The notes beneath the pieces were generated by a model. That model worked only from the letters and a program-made list of their open reading frames with translations, was not told where the DNA came from and did not search any database. The position numbers and the translations under genes are program-made. Positions 35,033-43,310 of a stretch of DNA of 64,000 bases are shown here, in pieces. This stretch comes from Oscillospiraceae bacterium (GTDB lineage Bacteria > Bacteroidota > Bacteroidia > Bacteroidales > WCHB1-69): NCBI GenBank assembly GCA_963603365.1, contig CAVCMI010000037.1, positions 3,552 to 67,551 of the forward strand. Reading direction: 5' to 3'. How positions within the stretch are numbered: position 1 is the stretch's first letter; each line of letters opens with the position of its first letter.

Positions 35033-35536
35033 ATGAAAAAGATTATTATATGGGTGCTTTCATTTGTGGCATTGTTTTGTGCATGTGACAAAACGGATGG
35101 CATTTCAGACAGCCTTGATGCCGCCAAGGTGTCGCTTAAACCCGAAAATCCGAGAACTTGTTGTTGTCCGTATGAGACTCAGATAAAAGAGGAAAGCAAT
35201 AGTTATTGCTGTGAAAAAGGGAAAGGCTGTGCGCCATGTGTGGTGATAACACCTGTTCAGTCCGGCGACGGTGAGTTCAGCAGTTCGAATCATCTGACAA
35301 TGGCAACTGATTTGTTGGGAGAAGAACCGGCAGAAGTGGCTGCGTTTTTTTCAAATAAATCGTATTTCGATGACATTTTCCCTCTCCTCTATGGCACAGA
35401 AATACACAGCAAATTGTGTACGGGCGACTATGTCATGAGCGACATTGTACAGGCATACCGGTCCAACAATCGCGTGTTTTTGTTTACGAACATTAAGGAT
35501 AATTCCAAAGTTGCCGTGCCGTATGCAGAAGAATAG
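35033..35536 (+). CDS. Lipoprotein with a Cys-rich segment, function unknown
   Basis: The ATG at 35033 gives MKKIIIWVLSFVALFCAC (lipobox). The Cys-rich stretch is CCCPYETQIKEESNSYCCEKGKGCAPC. The upstream part of the track ORF (GTG at 34889) covers the hairpin and is unlikely to be coding. Confidence 0.65.
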   Translation: MKKIIIWVLSFVALFCACDKTDGISDSLDAAKVSLKPENPRTCCCPYETQIKEESNSYCCEKGKGCAPCVVITPVQSGDGEFSSSNHLTMATDLLGEEPAEVAAFFSNKSYFDDIFPLLYGTEIHSKLCTGDYVMSDIVQAYRSNNRVFLFTNIKDNSKVAVPYAEE

Positions 35537-36689
35537 TCACTTTATCAACTGTGCAAAGGCAGGTGCATGTCTTTGCACAGTTGTTTCCTTGTTTGTCGCA
35601 CTGATTTCTCAGTCTGCCTCCTGCTCTCGCAAGCAGATGACGCTGCATTACGTTGACACATTGTCCATACCCCACGACATCGGAATGTACTATTCATTTT
35701 ACTCCCCTTTTGAGGGCGATCTTATAAATACGTACTATTATACGACAGACAGCGGATACGCTGTTTTGAATTACTGCAAAGGATCAATTTTCCCCGCCAC
35801 ACAATTCAAGCACAGGAATTATATCCAGAACTGCATTATAGAGAACGACTCAAGCCTCATTATCCAGTTCCCTAAAGACAGTTTCCTGCTTAGAATTGAC
35901 AACCGGGGTTTTGTGAAAGACACGTTGTCAAGCAACATGAGATATGTGAAAGATGAAAAGTTCATTATGAACACGTTCTTTAAACACTATTATTTACCTG
36001 TAAAGGCCGATTCGGGGATTTTATATTGCGACTGTTTTATTCTCAATGAACTTGATTATGTAACCAACTATAATTCCCGGAAAAGCATGTTCTCAAGGCC
36101 TGTTTTTTCACAATGTATCGTCGGGGGAAAACAGATAGACCAGACCGCCTCAGGAATCGGCAGATTTCCCTATACTCATTTGCAGAAAGACACTTCCAGG
36201 TATTTTTTCAGCGTCATGTCAACCATGAACAAAGACACGTCCATTGTGGCAGTATATGCATTTGTGGATTCTGTTTTTGTGATACACCTTGACGGTTCTC
36301 AAGAGAGCCACTATTTCCGCAGCAAATACCAGAAACATGAGAACGAAATGCTCGATGTTTCCGTCTATGACTATGTGGGATTAGAGAAACTCAGCTGTTC
36401 GCAAACGAAATATTCGGGCATACTGTACGACCCCTACAGGAATTATTACTATGTCGTTGTGACAAAACCTATGAATCCCGAAAATGAAGATGGGACAAAA
36501 AACTCCTCAGATGAAAGGCCATGGTCGCTGATTGTTTTGGATTCCGGATTCAGGCAGCTTGCAGAAATTGACATGCCTGACAATTTTGGAGCCTTTGACT
36601 GTATGGTGACTCGCGAAGGACTTGCAGTTATGGATTATTCGTTAACAGAAAGCAACAATAATGTTTTTGTGATATGCGATATATATTGA
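35523..36689 (+). CDS. Putative lipoprotein, about 388 aa, possibly a beta-propeller of the Bacteroidales DUF4221/BF3164-like type
   Basis: The ATG at 35523 gives MQKNSHFINCAKAGACLCTVVSLFVALISQSASC. The rest is rich in beta-strand-like Y/F/D/S repeats. The family assignment comes from memory of size and composition only. Confidence 0.6.
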   Translation: MQKNSHFINCAKAGACLCTVVSLFVALISQSASCSRKQMTLHYVDTLSIPHDIGMYYSFYSPFEGDLINTYYYTTDSGYAVLNYCKGSIFPATQFKHRNYIQNCIIENDSSLIIQFPKDSFLLRIDNRGFVKDTLSSNMRYVKDEKFIMNTFFKHYYLPVKADSGILYCDCFILNELDYVTNYNSRKSMFSRPVFSQCIVGGKQIDQTASGIGRFPYTHLQKDTSRYFFSVMSTMNKDTSIVAVYAFVDSVFVIHLDGSQESHYFRSKYQKHENEMLDVSVYDYVGLEKLSCSQTKYSGILYDPYRNYYYVVVTKPMNPENEDGTKNSSDERPWSLIVLDSGFRQLAEIDMPDNFGAFDCMVTREGLAVMDYSLTESNNNVFVICDIY

Positions 36690-37174
36690 AACCAAGTAAC
36701 GTTACGACCATGGCGTTTGCAACAATGATACTGTTGATGTCATGCACGGCAAAGAATGCAGCAACGGAACAAGAGAACGACTTACAGAAACGGAGCCGTT
36801 TTTTCAATTCCTATATGGCAGAAGCCTTCCCCTCCTTCACAATAACGGACGGAGAATACTTGTTCATCCTGCCTAACGGGTGTACAAACTGCACGGAATC
36901 TACATGTTCCATGTTGTCGGTAAGCCCGGCACTCGTAAAAGGGAAATACAACGCCATCCTGATTTCAAAAGCCACATTAGACAGACTCTCCTATGAGTTT
37001 TTTTCGGAAGCCGACAATGTTTTGATAGACTCCACCAACAAGCTGGACAAAATGGCTTTTGACATTGCAGGCATTGCCGTAATGAAAATAGAAAACAGAC
37101 AGATTGTGGCAAAAAAAAGCATGACCGCCAAAGATTTTCAGAACAACCCGGAAGCGTTTTTCAGCCCGATGTAA
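36674..37174 (+). CDS. Small lipoprotein, function unknown
   Basis: The lipobox is ILLMSC and a CxxC-like element is PNGCTNCTESTC. The alternative ATG at 36710 avoids the 16-nt overlap with the upstream gene. Confidence 0.6.
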   Translation: MRYILKPSNVTTMAFATMILLMSCTAKNAATEQENDLQKRSRFFNSYMAEAFPSFTITDGEYLFILPNGCTNCTESTCSMLSVSPALVKGKYNAILISKATLDRLSYEFFSEADNVLIDSTNKLDKMAFDIAGIAVMKIENRQIVAKKSMTAKDFQNNPEAFFSPM

Positions 37175-37256
37175 AGCGTCTCAAGTTCTGCCCTGCCGCA
37201 GCCCAGCGATGAAGACCTCTACATGACTTTGACAAGTCAGAATATCTTTCTCATTT

Positions 37257-38348
37257 CTAAACTCTAAATTCTATAATCCCGCCTCCGATGAGGTCGTCGC
37301 CTTCGTAGAAGACTGCACTCTGTCCCGGCGTGACTGATTCGACAGGGGTGTTGAACTCTACACGCACGCCATCGCCGCTGTGATAAAGGCGCGCGCCGGC
37401 ACCGGCACTACGGTAGCGCACTCGGCATTCTATAGGCATGCCGTCTTCAAAGTCGTCATATTTTGTCAGTTTATAGTCTTGCAGGAAGAGTGAAGCGGAG
37501 GCAAGGTCTTCTTTGGAGCCCAGCACCACGTTGTTGTGTGCTTTGTCGAGCGCCACCACGTATGCGGGTACGCCCAATGCGACGCCCAGGCCTTTGCGCT
37601 GGCCGATGGTATAATGGTACAAGCCTTGATGCCGGCCAAGTATGGTGCCGTCTTTGGCGACAAAGTTGCCCGCCGGCGACAGACTCTTTAAGTCCGGCAC
37701 TTCGATGTGCAGGAAGTTGCGGTAGTCGTTGTCGGTGACGAAACATATCTCTTCGCTCTCTTTTTTCTGTGAGAGTTGCATAAAGCCATGTTCTGCGGCT
37801 ATGTTGCGCACTTCCGGCTTGGTGAGTTCGCCGAGTGGGAAGATCGTCTTTTGCAGCTGTTCGGAGGACAGTCTCCACAGGAAATAGGTCTGGTCTTTTC
37901 CGAGGTCTTTGCCTTTGCGCAGGAATGTGCGGCCGTTGAGTGTGCCGATGCGGGCATAATGGCCGGTGGCGAGCAGGTCGCAGTGCATTTCGTCGGCAAA
38001 TTCGAGCAGCCTTCCCCATTTGATGACGGGGTTGCAAAGCACACAAGGGTTCGGGGTACGGCAGTTGAGGTATTCGTCGATGAAATTCCGGATGACGGTT
38101 TCCCGGAACAGGTCGCGGGCATCTACGATGTGGTGCTCAAAGCCGAGGCGCTGCGCCAGGTGGCGGGCTTCAGCGATGGAGTCCATCGAGCAGCACCCCT
38201 TTTCGCGTGCCATGCAGCTTTCCGAGATGGAATCAAAAGTCCTGAATGTGGCTCCGATGAGTTCGTATCCCTGTTCTTGCAGCAAAATGGCGGCCACGCT
38301 GCTGTCAATGCCGCCGCTCATGGCTATCAATACTCTTTTCTTCGTCAT
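37257..38348 (-). CDS. mnmA: tRNA 2-thiouridine(34) synthase
   Basis: 363 aa with PP-loop AMSGGIDSSVAA, and similarity runs the full length. Confidence 0.95.
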   Translation of the reverse strand: MTKKRVLIAMSGGIDSSVAAILLQEQGYELIGATFRTFDSISESCMAREKGCCSMDSIAEARHLAQRLGFEHHIVDARDLFRETVIRNFIDEYLNCRTPNPCVLCNPVIKWGRLLEFADEMHCDLLATGHYARIGTLNGRTFLRKGKDLGKDQTYFLWRLSSEQLQKTIFPLGELTKPEVRNIAAEHGFMQLSQKKESEEICFVTDNDYRNFLHIEVPDLKSLSPAGNFVAKDGTILGRHQGLYHYTIGQRKGLGVALGVPAYVVALDKAHNNVVLGSKEDLASASLFLQDYKLTKYDDFEDGMPIECRVRYRSAGAGARLYHSGDGVRVEFNTPVESVTPGQSAVFYEGDDLIGGGIIEFRV

Positions 38349-38815
38349 CCTGCTGTCGTCGTGTTAGGTTTCTCTCCGGTGGTGTCCAACGGTGTTTCAG
38401 ACGGCGGCACAGGGGCAGTGACATCTGCCGAAATGTCAACCTGTTGGGTGACGGTGTCCTGCAAGGCCATTTCCTTTTTCTTTTTCATGATAAGGGTTGA
38501 GGCCTCTGACAGGAGTTTTTCGGCATCCTCTTCGTCGCCCATATAGTATTCGACGGATCGGTTGAACTGTTCGCGCGTGACGCTGTACCGGTCAAAGAGG
38601 TCTTTGTAGTATTCTTTGGTGCTCCTGAAGCGGTCCAAGGTGTCTTCAGGGTTCATTCCTACGACGCTTTCAATAAGGTAGCTTTCGGCTATAAGTTTAA
38701 CCATAGTGCTTCGCCCGATCAGGTTTTCGGGCTTTTCTTGCACCTGTTTCTTGTGGCAGCCGGCAAAGAGCAGCATTGACAGGATCAGCGGCAGAAAGGC
38801 AATGTTACGTTTCAT
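38345..38815 (-). CDS. Lipoprotein, DUF4296-like
   Basis: The lipobox is LLFAGC. A helical body (MVKLIAESYLIESV...) follows. An ATGA overlap links it to mnmA. Confidence 0.6.
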   Translation of the reverse strand: MKRNIAFLPLILSMLLFAGCHKKQVQEKPENLIGRSTMVKLIAESYLIESVVGMNPEDTLDRFRSTKEYYKDLFDRYSVTREQFNRSVEYYMGDEEDAEKLLSEASTLIMKKKKEMALQDTVTQQVDISADVTAPVPPSETPLDTTGEKPNTTTAG

Positions 38816-38844
38816 AAGGATAAGGGCGTTAGCGGTTTATTCGG

Positions 38845-40278
38845 TTATTCTGGGGTGTTGACAACGGTCAATCCTAATTTTTCTCCCTCGACGACCATCT
38901 GTTTCAAGGCATTTTCACGGGTGTTTTCAATTGCGCCGTCGAGGATGGCGTTGCATACAGCCTCTTTTATGATGCCGATTTCGCGGCAGGGCCTGATGCC
39001 GAAAGCATGCATGATGTCTTCGCCCGTGAATGGCGGCCTCCAGTTCCGCACTTTGTCTTTTTCCTCTATCTCGGCAAGCTTTTCACGCACATGGGCAAAA
39101 TTCCGGAAGCATTTCTGGATTTTGGCCGAGTTTTTGGAGGTCACATCCGCTTCGCAGAGCATCATCAGGTCGTCAATGTCATCGCCGGCCTCGAACAGCA
39201 GCCGCCTGACGGCAGAATCTGTGATGGTGTCTTCTACAAGGGCGATGGGGCGCAGGTGCAGCCCGACAAGTTTCTGCACGTATTTCAGTTTTTCGTTGTT
39301 GGGCAGATGCAGCCGCCGGAAGATGTCGGCTGCCATACGTGCGCCTACGGCGTCGTGTCCGTGAAAGGTCCAGCCAACCGCCGGCACAAACCGTTTGGTG
39401 ACAGGCTTGGCGATGTCGTGGAGCAGCGCTGCCCATACCAGCCAGACGTTGGGCGAAGTCATCGCGATGTTGTCCACAACTTCAAGTGTGTGCAGGTAGT
39501 TGTCTTTATGACCTTTGCCGTTGATGGTCTGTACACCTTTCAAGGCGGTGAGTTCAGGAATGAAACGCTCCAGCAGCCCGCAATCGTCCAACAGTCTGAT
39601 GCCGGTGGAGGGTCGCAGACAATGCAGTATCTTGTTGAACTCTTCCATGATGCGCTCTTTGGAGATGATGTCCAAACGGGCGGCGTTGCGCCGGATAGAC
39701 TCTTGTGTTCCGGGGCAGATGTTGAAATTGAGCTGCGTGGCGAAACGTATGGCTCGCATCATCCTCAAAGGGTCGTCCGAAAAGGTCTTGTCTGGGTCGC
39801 AAGGGGTACGGATAAGTTTGCTTTTGATGTCTCCGATGCCGTTGAACGGGTCAATCAGTGTGTGGGCGCTGTTGCCGTTCAGGGAGATGGCCATGGCGTT
39901 TATGGTGAAGTCGCGGCGCAGCTGGTCGTCTTCCAGCGTGCCGTCCTCCACGACGGGCTTGCGGGAGTCGTGGCTGTATGACTCGCGGCGCGCCCCGACA
40001 AACTCTATGACGTAGCCGTCGTAGTTGAATTGTGCCGTGCCGAAGTTGCGATAGACGTTCACGTGCAAGTCGGGGGATATGAGTTCGGCGCTTTTCCGGG
40101 CAAGCTGGATGCCACTGCCCACGGTGACGATGTCGATGTCGGTGTTGTGCCGGTGCATGATGATGTCGCGCACGACGCCGCCGACAACGTATGCTTCGAG
40201 CCCGAGCATGTCTGCGGCTTTCGCCACAATGCCGTAAATGGGGTGTGCCAATGCTTTTTCGTAGTTCGTAGAGTTCAT
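38845..40278 (-). CDS. tRNA nucleotidyltransferase (CCA-adding) / poly(A) polymerase family protein with an HD domain
   Basis: The start is set at MNSTNYEK (ATG at 40278, ATGA overlap with aroC). The head motif is YVVGGVVRDIIM and the HD motif is ALLHDIAKP. Confidence 0.85.
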   Translation of the reverse strand: MNSTNYEKALAHPIYGIVAKAADMLGLEAYVVGGVVRDIIMHRHNTDIDIVTVGSGIQLARKSAELISPDLHVNVYRNFGTAQFNYDGYVIEFVGARRESYSHDSRKPVVEDGTLEDDQLRRDFTINAMAISLNGNSAHTLIDPFNGIGDIKSKLIRTPCDPDKTFSDDPLRMMRAIRFATQLNFNICPGTQESIRRNAARLDIISKERIMEEFNKILHCLRPSTGIRLLDDCGLLERFIPELTALKGVQTINGKGHKDNYLHTLEVVDNIAMTSPNVWLVWAALLHDIAKPVTKRFVPAVGWTFHGHDAVGARMAADIFRRLHLPNNEKLKYVQKLVGLHLRPIALVEDTITDSAVRRLLFEAGDDIDDLMMLCEADVTSKNSAKIQKCFRNFAHVREKLAEIEEKDKVRNWRPPFTGEDIMHAFGIRPCREIGIIKEAVCNAILDGAIENTRENALKQMVVEGEKLGLTVVNTPE

Positions 40279-41225
40279 GGTAGCGTCTTGCTGATGAGTA
40301 AAAAGTCGGCGGAGACCATGGCGGCCATGGCTTCCACTACGGGAAGCACGCGCGGGGCGACACAAAGGTCGTTCCGGTCAGAGCCTGCGCAAACGGCCGG
40401 TTTCCCGTCAAAGCCGATGCTCTGCTGGCTGAAACGCAGGGTAGGGACGGGCTTGAACGCCACGGTGAAATAGACCTCTTCGCCGTTGGTGATGCCGGCC
40501 TGAATGCCGCCGTCGTGGTTGGTTTTGTATGAGAAGTCGCAGTTCTGCACGTCATTGTATTGGCTTCCGCACATTTGCGCCGCCTGATAGCCTAATCCTA
40601 TTTCAAAGCCTTTGGCGGCATTGATGGACAATGCGGCGTAGGCAAGCCGTGCCGAGAATTTGTCGTAGACCGGTTCGCCGAGCCCGGCGGGAAGTCCTTT
40701 GATGTGGCATCCGACGACAGTTCCTACGCTGTCTCCCTCGCGTAAGGCCTTGCCCCGGCGCAGCACTTCCGAGTTGATTGTGATGCCGTGCCCTCTCAGG
40801 AAGGTTTTGGCAAACACGCCGCCAACGACGCGGCAAGCCGTCTCGCGCGCCGAAGACCTGCCGCAAAGCTCGTTGTCCTTGAATCCGTATTTCCTGAAAT
40901 AGGTGTAGGAGGCATGAGACGGGCGGATGACGTGGCGGTTGGCCTCGTTGATTATCACGTCTTTGTTCGGGATGAAGAAGTGAATCGGGTCTCCGGTCGT
41001 GACGTCGCTGGAGTCCAAGCCGGAAAGGAATGTGACCGGGTCTCTTTCTTTCCGCTGTGTGGAGGAGACAGAAGCGTCAGGGGCGCGCCGTGCCATTTCC
41101 TCGGCAAGGAATGTCCTGTCAAGGACAAGCCCCCGGGGACAGCCCTCGACCAGTCCCTCGATGCGGTCGCCGTGGGTGTCTCCCCAATCAGAGAACTTGA
41201 ATATTTTCCCGAAGCTGTCTGTCAT
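40275..41225 (-). CDS. aroC: Chorismate synthase (compact form, about 316 aa)
   Basis: Motifs are GRSSARETACRVVGG, LSINAAKGFEIG, HDGGIQAGITNG and VAPRVLPVVEAMAAM. The start is the ATG at 41225, one codon after the TTG at 41228. Confidence 0.85.
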   Translation of the reverse strand: MTDSFGKIFKFSDWGDTHGDRIEGLVEGCPRGLVLDRTFLAEEMARRAPDASVSSTQRKERDPVTFLSGLDSSDVTTGDPIHFFIPNKDVIINEANRHVIRPSHASYTYFRKYGFKDNELCGRSSARETACRVVGGVFAKTFLRGHGITINSEVLRRGKALREGDSVGTVVGCHIKGLPAGLGEPVYDKFSARLAYAALSINAAKGFEIGLGYQAAQMCGSQYNDVQNCDFSYKTNHDGGIQAGITNGEEVYFTVAFKPVPTLRFSQQSIGFDGKPAVCAGSDRNDLCVAPRVLPVVEAMAAMVSADFLLISKTLP

Positions 41226-41237
41226 CAATGTTGACCT

Positions 41238-42035
41238 TTACATGGCTTTTATCTTGCGTGCGATGTATGCGCAAAGTCCAGGGAAGAAGCGTTTGATGTA
41301 AACCATGACCAGTTCTCCGCTGCCCACTAATACTTCGCGTTTCTGTTTGGCGATGGCGCGCACAATCTTGTCGGCAGCCTTTTCGGGCGATATCCCGTTG
41401 GCCTGTCCGGCATCCATCTTGCCATGTTTCCCTCCGTCTTTTTCCAGGGCATTGATGGAGATGTTTGTCCGTACCCGGCCCGGGGTCACGACAGTGACAT
41501 GGATGTTGTCGGATGCGTTTTCGGCTGCAATGGTCTCGAAAAAGCCGTAAAGGGCATGTTTCGCCGACGAGTAGGCACACCGTAGCGGAAAGCCGAACAG
41601 CCCGTTTATGCTGGTGGTTACGGCCAGCTGGCCTCCGCCGCGTGCAATCATCTTTGGCAAGATGCTTTTGGTAAGGATGACCGGTGCGTAAAAGTCAATG
41701 TCCATGACTTTGCGGATGACTGCCATGTCGGTTTCGACGGCGGTGCCGCGTTGGCTGATGCCCGCGTTGTTGTACAGGATGTCGATGCGTCCGAATGCGT
41801 CCCAGGCTTTTTCGGCCAGGCAGGTCAGTTCGTCGGTTTCGGAAAGGTCGAAAGGCAGAATCGCCGCGTCGGGTGCGCCGGCGTCAAGACACGCTTTCTG
41901 TACATCTTGCAGCAGGTCTTCTTCCAATGCGGTCAGCACAAGGGTGGCTTTTTCTTGGGCGAAGCGAATTGCTGTTGCACGTCCTATGCCGGAGGAGGCT
42001 CCTGTTATCCAGATTACCTTGTCGGAGAAAGTCAT
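41238..42035 (-). CDS. SDR-family oxidoreductase
   Basis: The motifs are ITGASSGIGRATA and YSSAKHAL. Confidence 0.9.
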   Translation of the reverse strand: MTFSDKVIWITGASSGIGRATAIRFAQEKATLVLTALEEDLLQDVQKACLDAGAPDAAILPFDLSETDELTCLAEKAWDAFGRIDILYNNAGISQRGTAVETDMAVIRKVMDIDFYAPVILTKSILPKMIARGGGQLAVTTSINGLFGFPLRCAYSSAKHALYGFFETIAAENASDNIHVTVVTPGRVRTNISINALEKDGGKHGKMDAGQANGISPEKAADKIVRAIAKQKREVLVGSGELVMVYIKRFFPGLCAYIARKIKAM

Positions 42036-42036
42036 G

Positions 42037-43275
42037 CTATATATTGTTGTCTATTAAGTTCTTGAAGAAACGGGCTCTTGCCGCGCCCTCGCCTGTGTTC
42101 AGGAGGACGGTTTCGCCGTCATGGATTTGGCCGGACTCGAGGGCCTTGTAGAAGCCGGCGAGGCACACAATGGAGGCGGGTCCGAGGTAGATGCCGCGCT
42201 CCTGCTTTACGGCGCGCCCGATCTTTACGAGGTCGCTTTCCAAGACTTGCAGGAATGTTCCGCCGCTTTTCCGGACGATGGGGGCGAGGACCGGAAACAT
42301 GCCCGGGTTGCCGGTGGAGAGGATCGACACGATGGTCTTCGGGTCAGCAATTACGGGAAAGTTGTTCTCGTAGCCCTCCGGGAAGCCGGCGGCAACGGCA
42401 TTGTTCCATCCTTGCACCATAGGGTCGCAGGTGTCTTGCTGTATCAGGATCATTCGCGGCAGCGGCGTCTCGGGGAATGTAGCGCGCATTTCCCGCACGC
42501 CCTTGTCGAGGGCTATGGGGCCGGTGCCGCCTGCCACGGCCTGCACATAGACATCGGGCATCTTGCCCAACTGGCGCAGGAATTCGAACACCATGGTCTT
42601 CTTGGCCTCTACCCGGATGGGGTCGATGTTGCCGGCTGACATGAGCACGCGGTTCTGCTCGTGGAAGTCGGCGGCCTCTTTCTTGGCGGCGGCGTAGTTG
42701 CCTTTGCTGATGACAACGTTTTGGCCGTACGAAAGGATGGCTTCAACGGTGTCGGGGCAGACGTCGTTCGGCACGAATACGGTGAACCGGATGCCGGCGG
42801 CGGCCAGATAACGGCTGTATGCCGTGGCGGTGTTGCCTGTGGAGGCGACGCAGAACTCTTTGACACCGTTCTCTTTGAACAGCGATGCGGCCAACGAGGC
42901 TGCGATGTCTTTGAAGGTGTTGGTGCCGCCGTTAAGGTCGTTGCGGTAAACCATCACTTGGCAACGGATGCCGTATTGCTGCAGGGCGTACCGCTCCAGA
43001 AAGCCCCACTCTTCAATCGGGATGGCCCCTTCGCCGAAAGAGACGATGTTCTGCTTGTCAAGCAACGGAAGAAAGTCGAAATAGTGGTAGAAGCTTTCGG
43101 GCGAATGATACTTTGCTGTGGCTTGCGTCAGGGTGCTGTAGTCGGAATGGTAGGTCACTTCGGCGCGTTTGCAGCCGCAGGTGCATTGCTGGTCCATGCT
43201 GAACCATGTGCCGAAATCGGGGATTGTGTTGCCGCATTTCGTGCACGTCAGTGTATATTTTGATTGTTTGTACAT
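42037..43275 (-). CDS. Threonine-synthase-like PLP-dependent enzyme (Trp-synthase beta superfamily) with an N-terminal zinc ribbon
   Basis: The zinc ribbon is CTKCGNTIP...CTCGC. The PLP-lysine context is GTNTFKDIAAS. The gene sits 1 nt upstream of the SDR gene. Confidence 0.8.
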   Translation of the reverse strand: MYKQSKYTLTCTKCGNTIPDFGTWFSMDQQCTCGCKRAEVTYHSDYSTLTQATAKYHSPESFYHYFDFLPLLDKQNIVSFGEGAIPIEEWGFLERYALQQYGIRCQVMVYRNDLNGGTNTFKDIAASLAASLFKENGVKEFCVASTGNTATAYSRYLAAAGIRFTVFVPNDVCPDTVEAILSYGQNVVISKGNYAAAKKEAADFHEQNRVLMSAGNIDPIRVEAKKTMVFEFLRQLGKMPDVYVQAVAGGTGPIALDKGVREMRATFPETPLPRMILIQQDTCDPMVQGWNNAVAAGFPEGYENNFPVIADPKTIVSILSTGNPGMFPVLAPIVRKSGGTFLQVLESDLVKIGRAVKQERGIYLGPASIVCLAGFYKALESGQIHDGETVLLNTGEGAARARFFKNLIDNNI

Positions 43276-43310
43276 CGTGTGGAGATTCTTGCAGTTAAAT
43301 AGTCGGTTGA

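Noticed and set aside
37257-38348. Functional link between mnmA (tRNA thiolation, PP-loop) or the UPF0597 desulfidase-like gene (8508..9791) and the PT system's sulfur supply.
   Set aside because: Both are conserved housekeeping genes in their normal operon context. Their adjacency to the island is most simply an insertion-site coincidence.
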